From the sequence record MZ501052: a stretch of 64,000 nt of DNA; one strand, written 5' to 3'. The notes under the pieces were generated by a model. The model did not search any database. It was not told where the DNA came from and saw only the letters and a list, made by a program, of their open reading frames with translations. Below, one piece after another: positions 42,424 through 52,913 of the stretch. Made by a program: the position numbers and the translations under genes. Within the stretch, counting starts at the first letter, position 1. Each line of letters opens with the position of its first letter. This stretch comes from Escherichia phage AugustSocin.

Positions 42424-44601
42424 TTAGGCCGCAAGGGCCTTCATAGTTTTAGCGATTTGGGAGACTTCATCATCGCTTAAAGAGCTGCGATAACCGATGA
42501 AGTCGGAAACAATACGGAATTTCTTGGTAAACTCAGCAACCATTTTATCACTGTTTTTTGAAGCATTATTTGATAATACATCAAAAAGATTAGTTACTGT
42601 CCAGATGTCATGACCGATGGTATCTTTTCCACCATTAAAATATACACCGCGCAATGAACTAACTATATTAGCGAGTCGTGTATATTCTTCAGAAACTTCA
42701 TCGGTACTGAAGTACTTCATCATAAAATCTAGTTCAGGATGCTTGATAATTTTATCAATATATCGTTGAGCTGAACTTGAATAACCTACATACTTATCAT
42801 AATCTACATCATCAAAAGCATCTACATATAAATCACGCAAAGCTTCAAAAATACATTGGCACTGACCAAGCTCTTTTACCTTTTTCTGCAAAAGCGGACG
42901 AATAACATAAAATTCATTAATGCCAATAAGATTAGCCATACGAATCAAAATATTCATAGATGGATGACAAAGCGATGTAGTACCATCCATAGAGAAAATA
43001 TCAGAACGATGCATGTACGCTACATAACCAGTAATTTCATCTGCTTCTGACGTAAGTGTAAATAGTTCCTCTTTTTCCCATCGCCCATCTTTAATTTCAA
43101 ACTTAAATGCTGTAGCAGCTTTAGGACGAGGAGCTTTACTTTTAACTACCTTTGGAATATAGCTTTTAACTAAAGCTTCAATTTCTGACAAATAATGAAT
43201 GTTAACTTCATCACTTTCAAACATCGCCATAATATCAGGGAGTAAATCAATCTGCGATTCTACTTCTGGATTAATAAACAGAAGGCGTTCGTTGTGATGA
43301 ATATTCAAAGTGTTATTAAATTCACTATCATCTAACGCATGTGCTAATCCACGGACAATATTAACACGATTTTTAATATTATCAATAACGATATTAATTT
43401 TTGTTGCATTAATACCAAACAGACGATAACTTGATGCAACGGCTGAAGTTTCATGACTTTGCTTAATACGCTTCAGTCGAGGGTCAAGATTTACTTCATA
43501 CACCACGCCTGCATTGCATAACTTACTGTCAGGTTCAAACATGCTCTGCATCTTCTTATATGACAGATTTTTAGTCGTGAATTTGACTGAATTACTAATC
43601 ATATAATCTCGAGCAGAATAGCCCATTTTCATTAACTCGCGATACGTATGGCGAGGAGATGTAGATTCTTTAAATCGTTTTACATCTTCATTAAATGCTT
43701 TCTCACTGAGTTCTTTAACTCGTTCAATGATATTTTTACGAGTGCGATCATCTAGTGAAAGAGCCTCACGAGATGGAGCAATATCAAGTGAACCCATTGG
43801 AAACTTAATGTAATTCACTTCATTGCGGATGCTTAACCAGTTACGGTCTCTAATAACACCATCGATAGGATAAACAATACCGCCATAGATAGCATATAAT
43901 CCACCACGATCTGGCCAGTATCTTTCTGGATTTACGCCATAATAATCATCAAAATCCGGAAAATAATCAATTTCGCGGTCAAGACCATTAATGATAGCCA
44001 AATCTTTGAACGGTCGCATGATATAAGAAACTTCATAAGCAAAGTTTCTAAAGTCTTTTTCTTCAACTGGAACTACGATTTCAATACCAGTTTTATCATC
44101 TGGACCCATTTCTTTTACGAATGTAGGTTTAATCTGTGGGCCATCACCATCCATGTAAGCTACATAACCACGAATTTCACCTTTATGATACGAAGTAATA
44201 CTAAACGTATCAGTATAACTAAACGGAGATTTAGAACCTAAACCAAATCCGCCAATGAAATCGTTAGATTCAGCCTTAGATGAACTGAAGTATGAATTAT
44301 ACAGTCCAGGAGAATTATCATCACCCTGAATATCAAAATCACTCATACCCGGACCAAAATCTCGGCAAACAAATCGCGGGTCTAATCGTCCTGGAACTTG
44401 AATGATAAATTTTTCAGGATTTCCATTGAGAGCATGGGCATCAATCATGTTAGTAATCAATTCACGAACTACTGCGCGAATCTTGTTTGTATACAAATCA
44501 GATGACAGAATTTTAAATACTTTAGGAGACGCTGTGATGCTAAATGCTTTTGATTTAGAACCATTACCAAGAATTGTTTCTTTTTCAGTGGTGATAATCA
44601 T
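42424..44601 (-). CDS. rIIA: rIIA protein
   Basis: 725-aa ORF (T4 rIIA length) [56 protein letters not shown]... Confidence 0.95.
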   Translation of the reverse strand: MIITTEKETILGNGSKSKAFSITASPKVFKILSSDLYTNKIRAVVRELITNMIDAHALNGNPEKFIIQVPGRLDPRFVCRDFGPGMSDFDIQGDDNSPGLYNSYFSSSKAESNDFIGGFGLGSKSPFSYTDTFSITSYHKGEIRGYVAYMDGDGPQIKPTFVKEMGPDDKTGIEIVVPVEEKDFRNFAYEVSYIMRPFKDLAIINGLDREIDYFPDFDDYYGVNPERYWPDRGGLYAIYGGIVYPIDGVIRDRNWLSIRNEVNYIKFPMGSLDIAPSREALSLDDRTRKNIIERVKELSEKAFNEDVKRFKESTSPRHTYRELMKMGYSARDYMISNSVKFTTKNLSYKKMQSMFEPDSKLCNAGVVYEVNLDPRLKRIKQSHETSAVASSYRLFGINATKINIVIDNIKNRVNIVRGLAHALDDSEFNNTLNIHHNERLLFINPEVESQIDLLPDIMAMFESDEVNIHYLSEIEALVKSYIPKVVKSKAPRPKAATAFKFEIKDGRWEKEELFTLTSEADEITGYVAYMHRSDIFSMDGTTSLCHPSMNILIRMANLIGINEFYVIRPLLQKKVKELGQCQCIFEALRDLYVDAFDDVDYDKYVGYSSSAQRYIDKIIKHPELDFMMKYFSTDEVSEEYTRLANIVSSLRGVYFNGGKDTIGHDIWTVTNLFDVLSNNASKNSDKMVAEFTKKFRIVSDFIGYRSSLSDDEVSQIAKTMKALAA

Positions 44602-44611
44602 AATTTCCTCA

Positions 44612-44815
44612 TTAATTCATATTACGCTTAATAACTTCAGCAACTTCTAGTAGTTCATCTTTAGTTGCGGTGTCGGATTGAATTTTATCTCTAATATCTT
44701 TAAAGCGGTTTTTAAATTCTTCGGCTTCTCCCATATCGAAAAAGCGTTGAATGATTCTATATTCTCGATGAACTGCTTTATCAAAAAGTTCTAAATTTAC
44801 TTTATATGATTTCAT
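44612..44815 (-). CDS. hypothetical protein (rIIA.1 position)
   Basis: 67-aa ORF. Confidence 0.55.
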   Translation of the reverse strand: MKSYKVNLELFDKAVHREYRIIQRFFDMGEAEEFKNRFKDIRDKIQSDTATKDELLEVAEVIKRNMN

Positions 44816-44834
44816 TTCAATATCCTCATTTGCC

Positions 44835-44870
44835 CAATTAATTATACCACATCCTTGTGGTAAAGTAAAC
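44835..44870 (-). promoter_or_regulatory. early promoter with hairpin in spacer
   Basis: Minus-sense GTTTAC then TACCAC-aaggat-GTGGTA inverted repeat and AT-rich -10, upstream of rIIA.1. Confidence 0.5.
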
Positions 44871-46690
44871 TACTGGCTCATCCATTCTTTACGAAGGTCA
44901 GCATTATCTCCCATGAGCATTTCAAAAAGCTCTTTCCAGTTCTCAGGAAGTTTAACAACATCATATACTGGGTTTTGAATCATCTCACGATATTCAGATT
45001 TTTCCAAAGAGCCAAGTCCCTTAATATAACGGATGCTATGTTTAGGTAGAGCATCTTTGGCACTCTCATATTCAGCGACTGTATAAAACCATTCTTGTTT
45101 TTTACCGACCTGAGCGATGATTACAGGAGTTTTGACAAAGCGAATTCGTCCTTGCTCAAACAATTCTGGCCAATTACTAAAAAATCCGAGCAGAGAAGGA
45201 TAAATGCTTCCTAGACCATCATGGTCAGCATCAGTCATAATAGCAATATTATGATAATTCAAGTTTTCAGCTTTTTCACCGAGAACTAATCCAGTGATTG
45301 CGCAAATATCAAATAGTTCTTTGTTTTTAAGCATATCTGCATAAGACATACCCCAACTGTTGAGAACTTTACCGCGCAATGGATAACCACCATGAAGTTC
45401 TTTATCACGAACATCAATAAGATATCCGATAGCAGAATCACCCTCAGTCAAGAAAAGAGTAGTATCAGCATCTTTACCGCAAAGATTCGCTTTGATATGT
45501 TTATGAACCTTAGCTTTAGAAGCCTTTTTAGCTGCTTTAGTTTCTGCTGCTTTTTCTGCCGCCAATTTACGAGCCAAAGCAGCTTCAATAATTGGCATCA
45601 GAATTGCTTCATTATTCAAAATAGCACGTGAAATCTTTTTAGCATCAAGCTGAATATGACTACGGATTTCACCAAATGGAGAAGTCAAACGCTCTTTAGT
45701 TTGAGAATCAAATCGCATGTTTTTCATATCACGGACAAACATAACGATAGTCAAACATTCTTTAACGCGTGCTTTAGTCACATCAATTTTGAACTTACGT
45801 TTGATTTGTGGAATAAGGTCTTCACAAATATCATCCATAACACAGTCAATGTGATGGCCACCATTCTTAGTGTGAATGTTATTCACATAAGTTAATTGAC
45901 GAAAACCATCCGGTGAACGACCAACCGCAATAGAGCAATTTTCTTGTTCTTGAACGATAGCATGCTCATCATATTGGCGTGCATATTTCTTAAAATTGCC
46001 CTGAACCTTTTTACCATTAAAGGTAAATTGAATATCAGGATAAACTACTGCAAGTGTCTGGAGACGATCTAGTGTAATGTCAAGATAAACTTGGGACAGC
46101 TCATTAGTTTCAAATGACATAAAATCTGGAATGAAAGTAACACGAGTTCCTTTCCATTTTCCAGGAATAGTTTCCCAGGATTTATTTTCCATGCCATTTG
46201 AACAACGAACTACAATATTATTTTGACCATCGCCAGTTTCACCGACAAACATCACAGAAAAAATGTTAGTTAAACTAGAACCAACACCATTCATACCACC
46301 GGTGACACGTTCTTTATCATCACCAAAGTTACCACCCGCTTTTGGAATAGTCCAGGCAGCAACTGGACCAGGAATTTCTTCACCGGTAGGTGTTTTAACC
46401 ATCGCTTGTGGAATACCACGACCGTTATCTTCAACTGTTACTTGATTGTTTTTGATAGTAACATTAATTTTATTTGCGAATTTAAACTTAGTACGAATAC
46501 CTTCATCTACTGAGTTATCGATAATTTCATCAATAAGCTTAACAAGACCAGGTACATACTGAACACTTTCCCATTTACCAAACAGAAAGCGCTCATGCAT
46601 TTCATTAGCAGAAGAGCCAATATACATGCCGCTACGCTTTTTGATATGTTCAATATCGCTCAGAATTTTAATTTCATTCTTAATCATCAC
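44870..46690 (-). CDS. 39: DNA topoisomerase II large subunit, single uninterrupted ORF (39 and 60 equivalent fused)
   Basis: 606-aa ORF with GHKL ATPase and Toprim-like regions; no separate gene 60. Confidence 0.93.
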   Translation of the reverse strand: MMIKNEIKILSDIEHIKKRSGMYIGSSANEMHERFLFGKWESVQYVPGLVKLIDEIIDNSVDEGIRTKFKFANKINVTIKNNQVTVEDNGRGIPQAMVKTPTGEEIPGPVAAWTIPKAGGNFGDDKERVTGGMNGVGSSLTNIFSVMFVGETGDGQNNIVVRCSNGMENKSWETIPGKWKGTRVTFIPDFMSFETNELSQVYLDITLDRLQTLAVVYPDIQFTFNGKKVQGNFKKYARQYDEHAIVQEQENCSIAVGRSPDGFRQLTYVNNIHTKNGGHHIDCVMDDICEDLIPQIKRKFKIDVTKARVKECLTIVMFVRDMKNMRFDSQTKERLTSPFGEIRSHIQLDAKKISRAILNNEAILMPIIEAALARKLAAEKAAETKAAKKASKAKVHKHIKANLCGKDADTTLFLTEGDSAIGYLIDVRDKELHGGYPLRGKVLNSWGMSYADMLKNKELFDICAITGLVLGEKAENLNYHNIAIMTDADHDGLGSIYPSLLGFFSNWPELFEQGRIRFVKTPVIIAQVGKKQEWFYTVAEYESAKDALPKHSIRYIKGLGSLEKSEYREMIQNPVYDVVKLPENWKELFEMLMGDNADLRKEWMSQ

Positions 46691-46756
46691 TTATCCTCGT
46701 TTGGTTTCGGGAATATTATACTCCGGTAATCATAAAGCTAAAGGCCCGAAGGCCTT

Positions 46757-47026
46757 TTATTTAAAACGAATAGTTGAATCCTTAAAGAACAGCCCAGAAC
46801 ATACTGTTCCTTCTACTTTCTGCCCAGTAGGTCCAACAGCACGAAATCCAGTATGTTGGAAATCATTTTCAGAGCAACCGAACCAGTTATATCCAGTGAT
46901 TTCAATATTCGTAAAACCACTTGATGATAAAATTTTAGTTGCATTATCAGCATCAGTGCATCCTACTAAAGATACTGCTAATACTAATGCTGCGATAGAA
47001 CGATTAACATATTTCATAATTTTCAC
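46757..47026 (-). CDS. putative lipoprotein
   Basis: 89-aa ORF with signal peptide and lipobox MKIMKYVNRSIAALVLAVSLVGC. Confidence 0.6.
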   Translation of the reverse strand: MKIMKYVNRSIAALVLAVSLVGCTDADNATKILSSSGFTNIEITGYNWFGCSENDFQHTGFRAVGPTGQKVEGTVCSGLFFKDSTIRFK

Positions 47027-47394
47027 TTAAATTTAATGGCTTGAAGGAGACTAATAATTCTTAAACGGCTTCTTTCATCTTTAACTGTAAAAGAAAGAGG
47101 GTCGCCAGATTTCATAGTAATAGTGCATTCAAAATCAAAATCTTCTGTGACTTCTTCGAAGAAGTCAAATTCTTCATCATAAATTAGAACACTACTTTGC
47201 AGACTGTGGAGAGTTTTTCCAGCATTTCCAGATGCTGTACCAATCATTGTAACATTATGACCTTTCATATCTTCAACGATAAATTCGTTTGTCAATATTA
47301 CAGCATTAATAGAACTATTCCTATTACTAACAGAAAGTAGAAATTTCTGTTCTTCACCTTCACGAATACGATATTTCTTACCAATTTTAAACAT
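47023..47394 (-). CDS. hypothetical protein
   Basis: 123-aa ORF. Confidence 0.55.
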   Translation of the reverse strand: MFKIGKKYRIREGEEQKFLLSVSNRNSSINAVILTNEFIVEDMKGHNVTMIGTASGNAGKTLHSLQSSVLIYDEEFDFFEEVTEDFDFECTITMKSGDPLSFTVKDERSRLRIISLLQAIKFK

Positions 47395-47396
47395 AA

Positions 47397-47573
47397 TTAC
47401 CCTTTAAGTAAGTCGTAAAAACCACCATTCACATGCTTAGGAGCAGAAGGCCGACGAGTAGACAGACGATGACATTTAGGGCAAACATCATTTTCTCGTT
47501 CAGAAATCTTTTTAATTTTTTCATATTCATGCCCGCAATCTTCGGATTGGCATTTATAATCATACATTGGCAT
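47397..47573 (-). CDS. small zinc-ribbon protein (~58 aa)
   Basis: MPMYDYKCQSEDCGHEYEKIKKISERENDVCPKCHRLSTRRPSAPKHVNGGFYDLLKG; CX4C...CX2C pattern; tight spacing to neighbours; below track cutoff. Confidence 0.55.
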   Translation of the reverse strand: MPMYDYKCQSEDCGHEYEKIKKISERENDVCPKCHRLSTRRPSAPKHVNGGFYDLLKG

Positions 47574-47575
47574 AA

Positions 47576-48001
47576 TTATTCCTTAAAATGTGCTTTCAAC
47601 ATCTGATACAAGGACCATGCATGTTCATTATTTTCAATAGTAACTTTCATGACCGGGAATTCTGTGAAATCTTCTATTTGTTCTTGCTCTTTCTCTTCCT
47701 GCTCTTGCTCTTCGGCTGCCTGGTATGGATTTTCCACTTCATCAAAGAACACAGCTTCGCTCGTTGAAAGCCAGATAAAATCTTCATCCAAAATATCTTT
47801 ACCAGAAGATAACGCCAATTTTCCACTAGATGTCACAAGTTTAGTAGGACGACCAAGATAGTCAATATCTGTAACTCTAAAAGGTTCCATACCAAGACGA
47901 CGTGCATAAATTCCGTTTTCAGTATGGTCCTTGATAAAATCTTCTTGAGCTTGTTTATTTTTAAATTGATACCATTTATTAACTTCAAATTTAATAGCCA
48001 T
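47576..48001 (-). CDS. hypothetical protein
   Basis: 141-aa ORF with acidic [10 protein letters not shown] stretch. Confidence 0.55.
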   Translation of the reverse strand: MAIKFEVNKWYQFKNKQAQEDFIKDHTENGIYARRLGMEPFRVTDIDYLGRPTKLVTSSGKLALSSGKDILDEDFIWLSTSEAVFFDEVENPYQAAEEQEQEEKEQEQIEDFTEFPVMKVTIENNEHAWSLYQMLKAHFKE

Positions 48002-48216
48002 TAATAAGTTTCCTTCCAGTAAGTTGTGCCATCTTCAGTAATTTCACGAAATACACCGTAAATTGGTTGTTTATCACCAACCTTTTCATACACATAAACC
48101 GAAGTCAAGTGAGTAAACTTAACGGTATGTTCTTTTTGAACTACTACCAAATCTGGATCGAATAGTACATCTTCAAATTCGTCATTAGTGCAATTCTGAA
48201 CAATTTTACGTTTCAT
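48001..48216 (-). CDS. hypothetical protein
   Basis: 71-aa ORF. Confidence 0.5.
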   Translation of the reverse strand: MKRKIVQNCTNDEFEDVLFDPDLVVVQKEHTVKFTHLTSVYVYEKVGDKQPIYGVFREITEDGTTYWKETY

Positions 48217-48229
48217 TACAATTTCCTCA

Positions 48230-48511
48230 TTAATTGAACAGTGGAGCGATGCGTTTCAGAAGAGTAGCAGCACCTTTAGCGAATTTTACATCATGAAAAA
48301 CAGTTTCTTCTTCCGTTACAACACGAGCTTTAATGTTTTCACAATCCCAATTTTTGCGAACAATCTTCAAAAGCTGCAGTAAATCTTTACATTCAGCAAT
48401 ATCGATAACACATCCACGAGAATCTTCCATTATCGCACGATAACCGTAAGCCATACCATAATCATTGAAAGATTGCTCGATGATAATTAAATTTTCCATT
48501 TTATTCTCCAA
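48230..48511 (-). CDS. hypothetical protein
   Basis: 93-aa ORF downstream of promoter/stem-loop element. Confidence 0.55.
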   Translation of the reverse strand: MENKMENLIIIEQSFNDYGMAYGYRAIMEDSRGCVIDIAECKDLLQLLKIVRKNWDCENIKARVVTEEETVFHDVKFAKGAATLLKRIAPLFN

Positions 48512-48514
48512 GTT

Positions 48515-48600
48515 GTTTTCTGTATCAGTAGTTGATATTGATATAGTACCATAATCAACTACTGATGTATATAGTTTTATGAAAAAATTTTAAACTTTAT
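48515..48600 (-). promoter_or_regulatory. promoter-like element with 12-bp inverted repeat (PeSL-like)
   Basis: TCAGTAGTTGAT...ATCAACTACTGA inverted repeat flanking an AT-rich -10-like sequence; GTTTAA -35-like hexamer; shares sequence with elements at 19.4, 36.7 and 40.3 kb. Confidence 0.45.
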
Positions 48601-49088
48601 GCATAGCGAGCTTTGCTATAGTGTTTAATCCAACTTTCAGGAATGACTTTGTATGTTCCTAAAAATACCGCGTTGTATAACTTAACGCCATCTTCTACCC
48701 ATTGATCAGTAATGTATGCACACATAGCGCGAGTACGGTTAACAACACCTTCCTCACCTTCAGTAAATTCAAACTCATAAGGAGCAACGAACTTAATAGC
48801 CTGACCGAGTTTCCACTTAAAGTCTACACCTACATGCGAAGTATCAATCGTTTCAATTCCTTTAGCAGGAACAGCTTTCAAAAACGCAGATTCAAGAAAT
48901 TTCGCACGAACATAGCCAAACTGAGGTTTAGACTTTCCATCTTTAGGAATGATACGCACTTTTACTTCAGAATCTTCATCTTTAACACCGTGTTTAAGCT
49001 GAATGCTTACAACTTCGACCAATTTTCCTGCCGCTTTAGAGCGGGATTTATCAGATACACGAGCTAATTCACCAATATTAATAATCAT
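48597..49088 (-). CDS. hypothetical protein, paralogue of next ORF (motB-like position)
   Basis: 163-aa ORF; C-terminal TDQWVEDGVKLYNAVFLGTYKVIPESW matches TDQWIEDGVELLNVVHAGEYSVVPRSA of ORF 49162..49599. Confidence 0.55.
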   Translation of the reverse strand: MIINIGELARVSDKSRSKAAGKLVEVVSIQLKHGVKDEDSEVKVRIIPKDGKSKPQFGYVRAKFLESAFLKAVPAKGIETIDTSHVGVDFKWKLGQAIKFVAPYEFEFTEGEEGVVNRTRAMCAYITDQWVEDGVKLYNAVFLGTYKVIPESWIKHYSKARYA

Positions 49089-49161
49089 AGTTATCTCTCA
49101 CTTGTTAAAAAGATTTTATACTCCACGGGACCATTATACTCTGGTCCCAAGAGTTTGTAAA

Positions 49162-49599
49162 CTAGCTTACACGAACATTAATCACTGCGCTGCGAGGAAC
49201 TACAGAGTACTCTCCAGCATGAACTACGTTCAGAAGTTCAACACCATCTTCAATCCACTGATCAGTCACCCATCCACCCACAGGATTCGCGAATGGACGA
49301 CGAATATAAACTGCCTTACACAGTAGATCAGTTGGATCTTCAGGTTTTTCAATTTCTGTCAATAGACTAAAATCTTTTTCATAAATAATAAGCGGTGATA
49401 CCATTCCATAATAGTTTCTAATTTCAATATACATCATACCGATAAGAATTCCGCTATTAACACTAATAACAGTAAAAGGATATCCGCCAGTTAAACCAAG
49501 AAGTTCACAAAACTTATTATGAACTGTATTAGACAGTACCGAAAAATTCTTAATTTCATCAAATTTTTTCAATTGATAAACAGCATTATTTTTAATCAT
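49162..49599 (-). CDS. hypothetical protein, paralogue of previous ORF
   Basis: 145-aa ORF sharing C-terminal motif with ORF 48597..49088. Confidence 0.55.
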   Translation of the reverse strand: MIKNNAVYQLKKFDEIKNFSVLSNTVHNKFCELLGLTGGYPFTVISVNSGILIGMMYIEIRNYYGMVSPLIIYEKDFSLLTEIEKPEDPTDLLCKAVYIRRPFANPVGGWVTDQWIEDGVELLNVVHAGEYSVVPRSAVINVRVS

Positions 49600-49609
49600 A
49601 ATTTTCTCT

Positions 49610-50152
49610 TTAATCTAAGGTAATAAAGCCTTTTAATTCGGCATGTGACTTGCGGAACATTACTTGATGCCCACCAATGATAACTTTATCTTCAGGTACT
49701 TCGTATACAGCGAGATAAAATCCTTTAGAAGCTAATTCTTCACGCTCTTCTCGTGTGAACCATCTCATCATATCATATTCACTAGCAAAAGCAAAATGAT
49801 AAAGAGCTATAAACCATCCTGGAATATAGTGATCTACGCCTACATATTCTTCTTTCTCAAAATTAGTATTAATTGCTATATTAGCATTTTTAACTAATAG
49901 TTTGTCTTCGTGCGGAAGAGGAATTCTTTTATTATCATTACTATGATGCATAAAATTAGGTCTGTCATAACCTACGTGTAATAACCACTCTTCGCTCCAT
50001 GAATCCATTATACTCCTGTACGGCGTTATTTGAACACAAAGATCTCGACGTATTGTTATAGCATCTTCATAATTAAGAATACTAAATGATGATTCAACAC
50101 GATAAATTTTCATTTTATTATCCTCAGTAGCTATGGTGTTATAATACCACAA
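49610..50152 (-). CDS. hypothetical protein
   Basis: 180-aa ORF downstream of early promoter-like element. Confidence 0.55.
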   Translation of the reverse strand: MWYYNTIATEDNKMKIYRVESSFSILNYEDAITIRRDLCVQITPYRSIMDSWSEEWLLHVGYDRPNFMHHSNDNKRIPLPHEDKLLVKNANIAINTNFEKEEYVGVDHYIPGWFIALYHFAFASEYDMMRWFTREEREELASKGFYLAVYEVPEDKVIIGGHQVMFRKSHAELKGFITLD

Positions 50153-50171
50153 CTAACCGAGGAAGTAAACA
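50133..50171 (-). promoter_or_regulatory. early promoter-like element
   Basis: Minus-sense GTTTAC, ~17-nt spacer, TATTATAAC -10-like. Confidence 0.45.
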
Positions 50172-50176
50172 ACTTT

Positions 50177-50860
50177 TTATCGTTTTGTTGGAAGAGATAG
50201 AGGATCGCACTCTTCCTCTGACGGAGCATCTTCAAGACCCATAGCATAGCGCAAAGCATACTTCATCATCAGGATGTCTTTCGCACAGTCATGAATAGAA
50301 TCATGTGCAACGAATCCATCTAAAGTTCCCTTTGGAAGAGGACATGTGGTCATATCACGAACAAGCAGAAGTGCTTCAATTCTGGTACGAATATCACGCT
50401 GATTCCAGAATTTACAAGGTTCTAACTTAAACGTATCAAGCTCATTCTCGGAAACGCCGTTAAGACGTTGAATATCGCGAATGAGATCGACTAAAATTGG
50501 AAAATCAAACGACATTCCACGGCACCAACCTTGAGATTTCCAAGGATCGATATTATGTGCATTGATGTAATCATTAAATTTTGCAATACCATCGATAGTG
50601 CTTACATCTTCATCTGATGGTGCAATATTTTTTCGAGCTTCAGGAGATTGATTCTTCCACCATTCGATAGTGCTTTTAGTAAAAAGACGATGTCCTTTTT
50701 GGCTTTTTAAATCAAACTTGATTTTAATGCCGCGTGAAACTAATTCATCAAATGTTTCAACTACTTCTGGATTAGGGTCAAAGGCAATAACAGCCAAATC
50801 AATAACAGCTGCCTTTTCACCGCTTCCCATTGTTTCAAAATCTATAATAAAATCAAACAT
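50177..50860 (-). CDS. dexA: exonuclease A
   Basis: 227-aa ORF (T4 DexA length) with DEDD-type N-terminal motif FIIDFETMG. Confidence 0.9.
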   Translation of the reverse strand: MFDFIIDFETMGSGEKAAVIDLAVIAFDPNPEVVETFDELVSRGIKIKFDLKSQKGHRLFTKSTIEWWKNQSPEARKNIAPSDEDVSTIDGIAKFNDYINAHNIDPWKSQGWCRGMSFDFPILVDLIRDIQRLNGVSENELDTFKLEPCKFWNQRDIRTRIEALLLVRDMTTCPLPKGTLDGFVAHDSIHDCAKDILMMKYALRYAMGLEDAPSEEECDPLSLPTKR

Positions 50861-51102
50861 TAAATTTTCCTCGCTAAATCGCGAATTTGGCCTACAGTAT
50901 AGTCTTGAATATAAACTTTATTAATAGGTTCATCAATAAATTTTGCCATAGATTCAATATCTTTTTGCATCTCTTCAAGACTGTATATTATCTTTAAAGC
51001 TTTTTCGCGAATAGTAATATTTTCAGGACCAGAATTTTTCTCAATGACAGCTTTAACATTTGTCATAAGAGATTTAAACTGACACCAACTTAATTCAATC
51101 AT
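50860..51102 (-). CDS. hypothetical protein (dexA.1 position)
   Basis: 80-aa ORF. Confidence 0.5.
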   Translation of the reverse strand: MIELSWCQFKSLMTNVKAVIEKNSGPENITIREKALKIIYSLEEMQKDIESMAKFIDEPINKVYIQDYTVGQIRDLARKI

Positions 51103-51355
51103 TAATAATCGCCTTATAAAGATAGCTAATTTCGCCTAAAATATAATCATTGATTGTAACAGTTTTCACTTCACCGCAAAAGAATTCTAACGCAATCAAA
51201 TCTCGTTCAATTTCTTCCAATTGAAGCATTAACTTGCCTGATTCAATTTTCACGTTTTTGCGATTTTTACTATAAGCTATTTCATAAATTTCGCTCACTT
51301 TATCTTGAAGCAGATAAAACTGGTCTTTAGTTATTTCCACGAATAGCTTCCTCAA
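51095..51355 (-). CDS. hypothetical protein (dexA.2 position)
   Basis: 86-aa ORF. Confidence 0.5.
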   Translation of the reverse strand: MRKLFVEITKDQFYLLQDKVSEIYEIAYSKNRKNVKIESGKLMLQLEEIERDLIALEFFCGEVKTVTINDYILGEISYLYKAIIND

Positions 51356-51587
51356 ATTTAATCAGCAGCTTACAGACACTTTCATCTAATGTAATTACCG
51401 TGTCTGTATTACTATGATATGATTGTTTTTCAATTCGTTTAATTGCTAGTATAGTATCACTTATAAGATTAAGTTTATAAAGGAGCTCAGCTCCTGTTAC
51501 CATAACACTGAGGTTATCTTGCTTATCAGTATGCTTCTTTATACCATCTATTAGACGATTTAAATATTTTGAATTGATGTTAATCAT
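51327..51587 (-). CDS. hypothetical protein
   Basis: 86-aa ORF directly downstream of dda. Confidence 0.5.
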   Translation of the reverse strand: MININSKYLNRLIDGIKKHTDKQDNLSVMVTGAELLYKLNLISDTILAIKRIEKQSYHSNTDTVITLDESVCKLLIKFEEAIRGNN

Positions 51588-51593
51588 ATATCC

Positions 51594-52913
51594 TCACACA
51601 TAAAACACATCATAACGACCACGAGTAACACCAACATAAAGAAGCTGCTGAGCTAGTTCAGCGTCTGCATAATGAATACAAGGCGTATAAATGAAAGCAC
51701 GGTCTACAGACATACCTTGAGCTTTATGGAATGTTGATGCAGGAAGTGCTTTCACTTTACTAAACTGTGATTTAGCATCCCAAAAATCACTCCATGGAGC
51801 TTTTCCGCCTTTGTTCCAATTTTTATAAGTTTCTGCCGTTTTACCTAAAAATAGGTTAAACTTATATAACTCTTCATCAGATGAAATTATTTTAATCTTT
51901 TCACGATAATATTCATCATCGCCGTAAGTTTCTACTGTTAAATCCCAATGACGAATTAAGTATTCTCCAGGAACACCACGAGCTTTAACAAACGTCGATG
52001 TATACTCTGCTTCTATAATACGAACTAATTGTCCGTTATTAAAAATAATTTCTGACACAGGCTTTCCATCAATTTTATATGTTTTAATTAATGGTTCCTG
52101 CATTACAATAATTTCACCGACAATAAAATCTTTATCAGTTTCAAAAATCTTTTTACGAATAATGCTATTTAACTTGTCAACAGATTTATTCGTAAATGCC
52201 ATTACGCGATTTTCAAACAAATCATCTAGTGATTTTACGATTGAAAAATAATTTACCATAAAATCGCGTAAAGCGGTATCACCTGTAAATCCACGTACTC
52301 CATGCCCGTCAACAATTTTATCATAAATCCACTTACCGTTACGAACGTCAGTAGCTACATCAATAATAGGAGCATTACTGCGTTTAACTTCAGTGAGTTC
52401 ACACTGATAAAAATCTTTATGTGTAAAGAATGGACTGATATAAGCAGTGTTTTCTCCTGGGTCAACAGGTCTAATTTGCTTATTATCCCCTATTCCAATT
52501 ATAGTACACCATGGCGGGATAGTTGAAAGTAGAATTTTGAATAGCTTTCTATCATACATTGACACTTCGTCGCAGATTAATACTCTGCATTTAGCTAAAT
52601 CCGGTACTTCTTTTTGTTCAAAAAGAACGTTTTCTTCATATGTTACTGGGTTAATTTTAAGAATACTGTGAATAGTACTCGCTTCTTTCCCTGATAGTTT
52701 TGAAAGAATCTTTTTAGCTGCATGTGTAGGAGCTGCTAAAATAATGCCAGTTTCGCCTGTAGATATTAAGGCTTCAATGATGAACTTGGTAAGAGTAGTC
52801 TTACCAGTACCGGCAGGTCCATTAATAGTCACATGATGTTTCTTTTCTTTGATAGCCCTCATAACAATGTTAAAGGCATTTTTCTGACCTTCGGTCAAAT
52901 CATCAAATGTCAT
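51594..52913 (-). CDS. dda: DNA helicase Dda (SF1B)
   Basis: 439-aa ORF MTFDDLTEGQKNAFNIVMRAIKEKKHHVTINGPAGTGKTT... with Walker A. Confidence 0.97.
   Translation of the reverse strand: MTFDDLTEGQKNAFNIVMRAIKEKKHHVTINGPAGTGKTTLTKFIIEALISTGETGIILAAPTHAAKKILSKLSGKEASTIHSILKINPVTYEENVLFEQKEVPDLAKCRVLICDEVSMYDRKLFKILLSTIPPWCTIIGIGDNKQIRPVDPGENTAYISPFFTHKDFYQCELTEVKRSNAPIIDVATDVRNGKWIYDKIVDGHGVRGFTGDTALRDFMVNYFSIVKSLDDLFENRVMAFTNKSVDKLNSIIRKKIFETDKDFIVGEIIVMQEPLIKTYKIDGKPVSEIIFNNGQLVRIIEAEYTSTFVKARGVPGEYLIRHWDLTVETYGDDEYYREKIKIISSDEELYKFNLFLGKTAETYKNWNKGGKAPWSDFWDAKSQFSKVKALPASTFHKAQGMSVDRAFIYTPCIHYADAELAQQLLYVGVTRGRYDVFYV

Noticed and set aside
46742-46755. Hairpin AGGCC-cgaa-GGCCT read as a plus-strand terminator
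   Set aside because: The U-tract is on the plus strand where no upstream plus-strand gene exists; more likely an intercistronic RNA structure on the minus-strand transcript.
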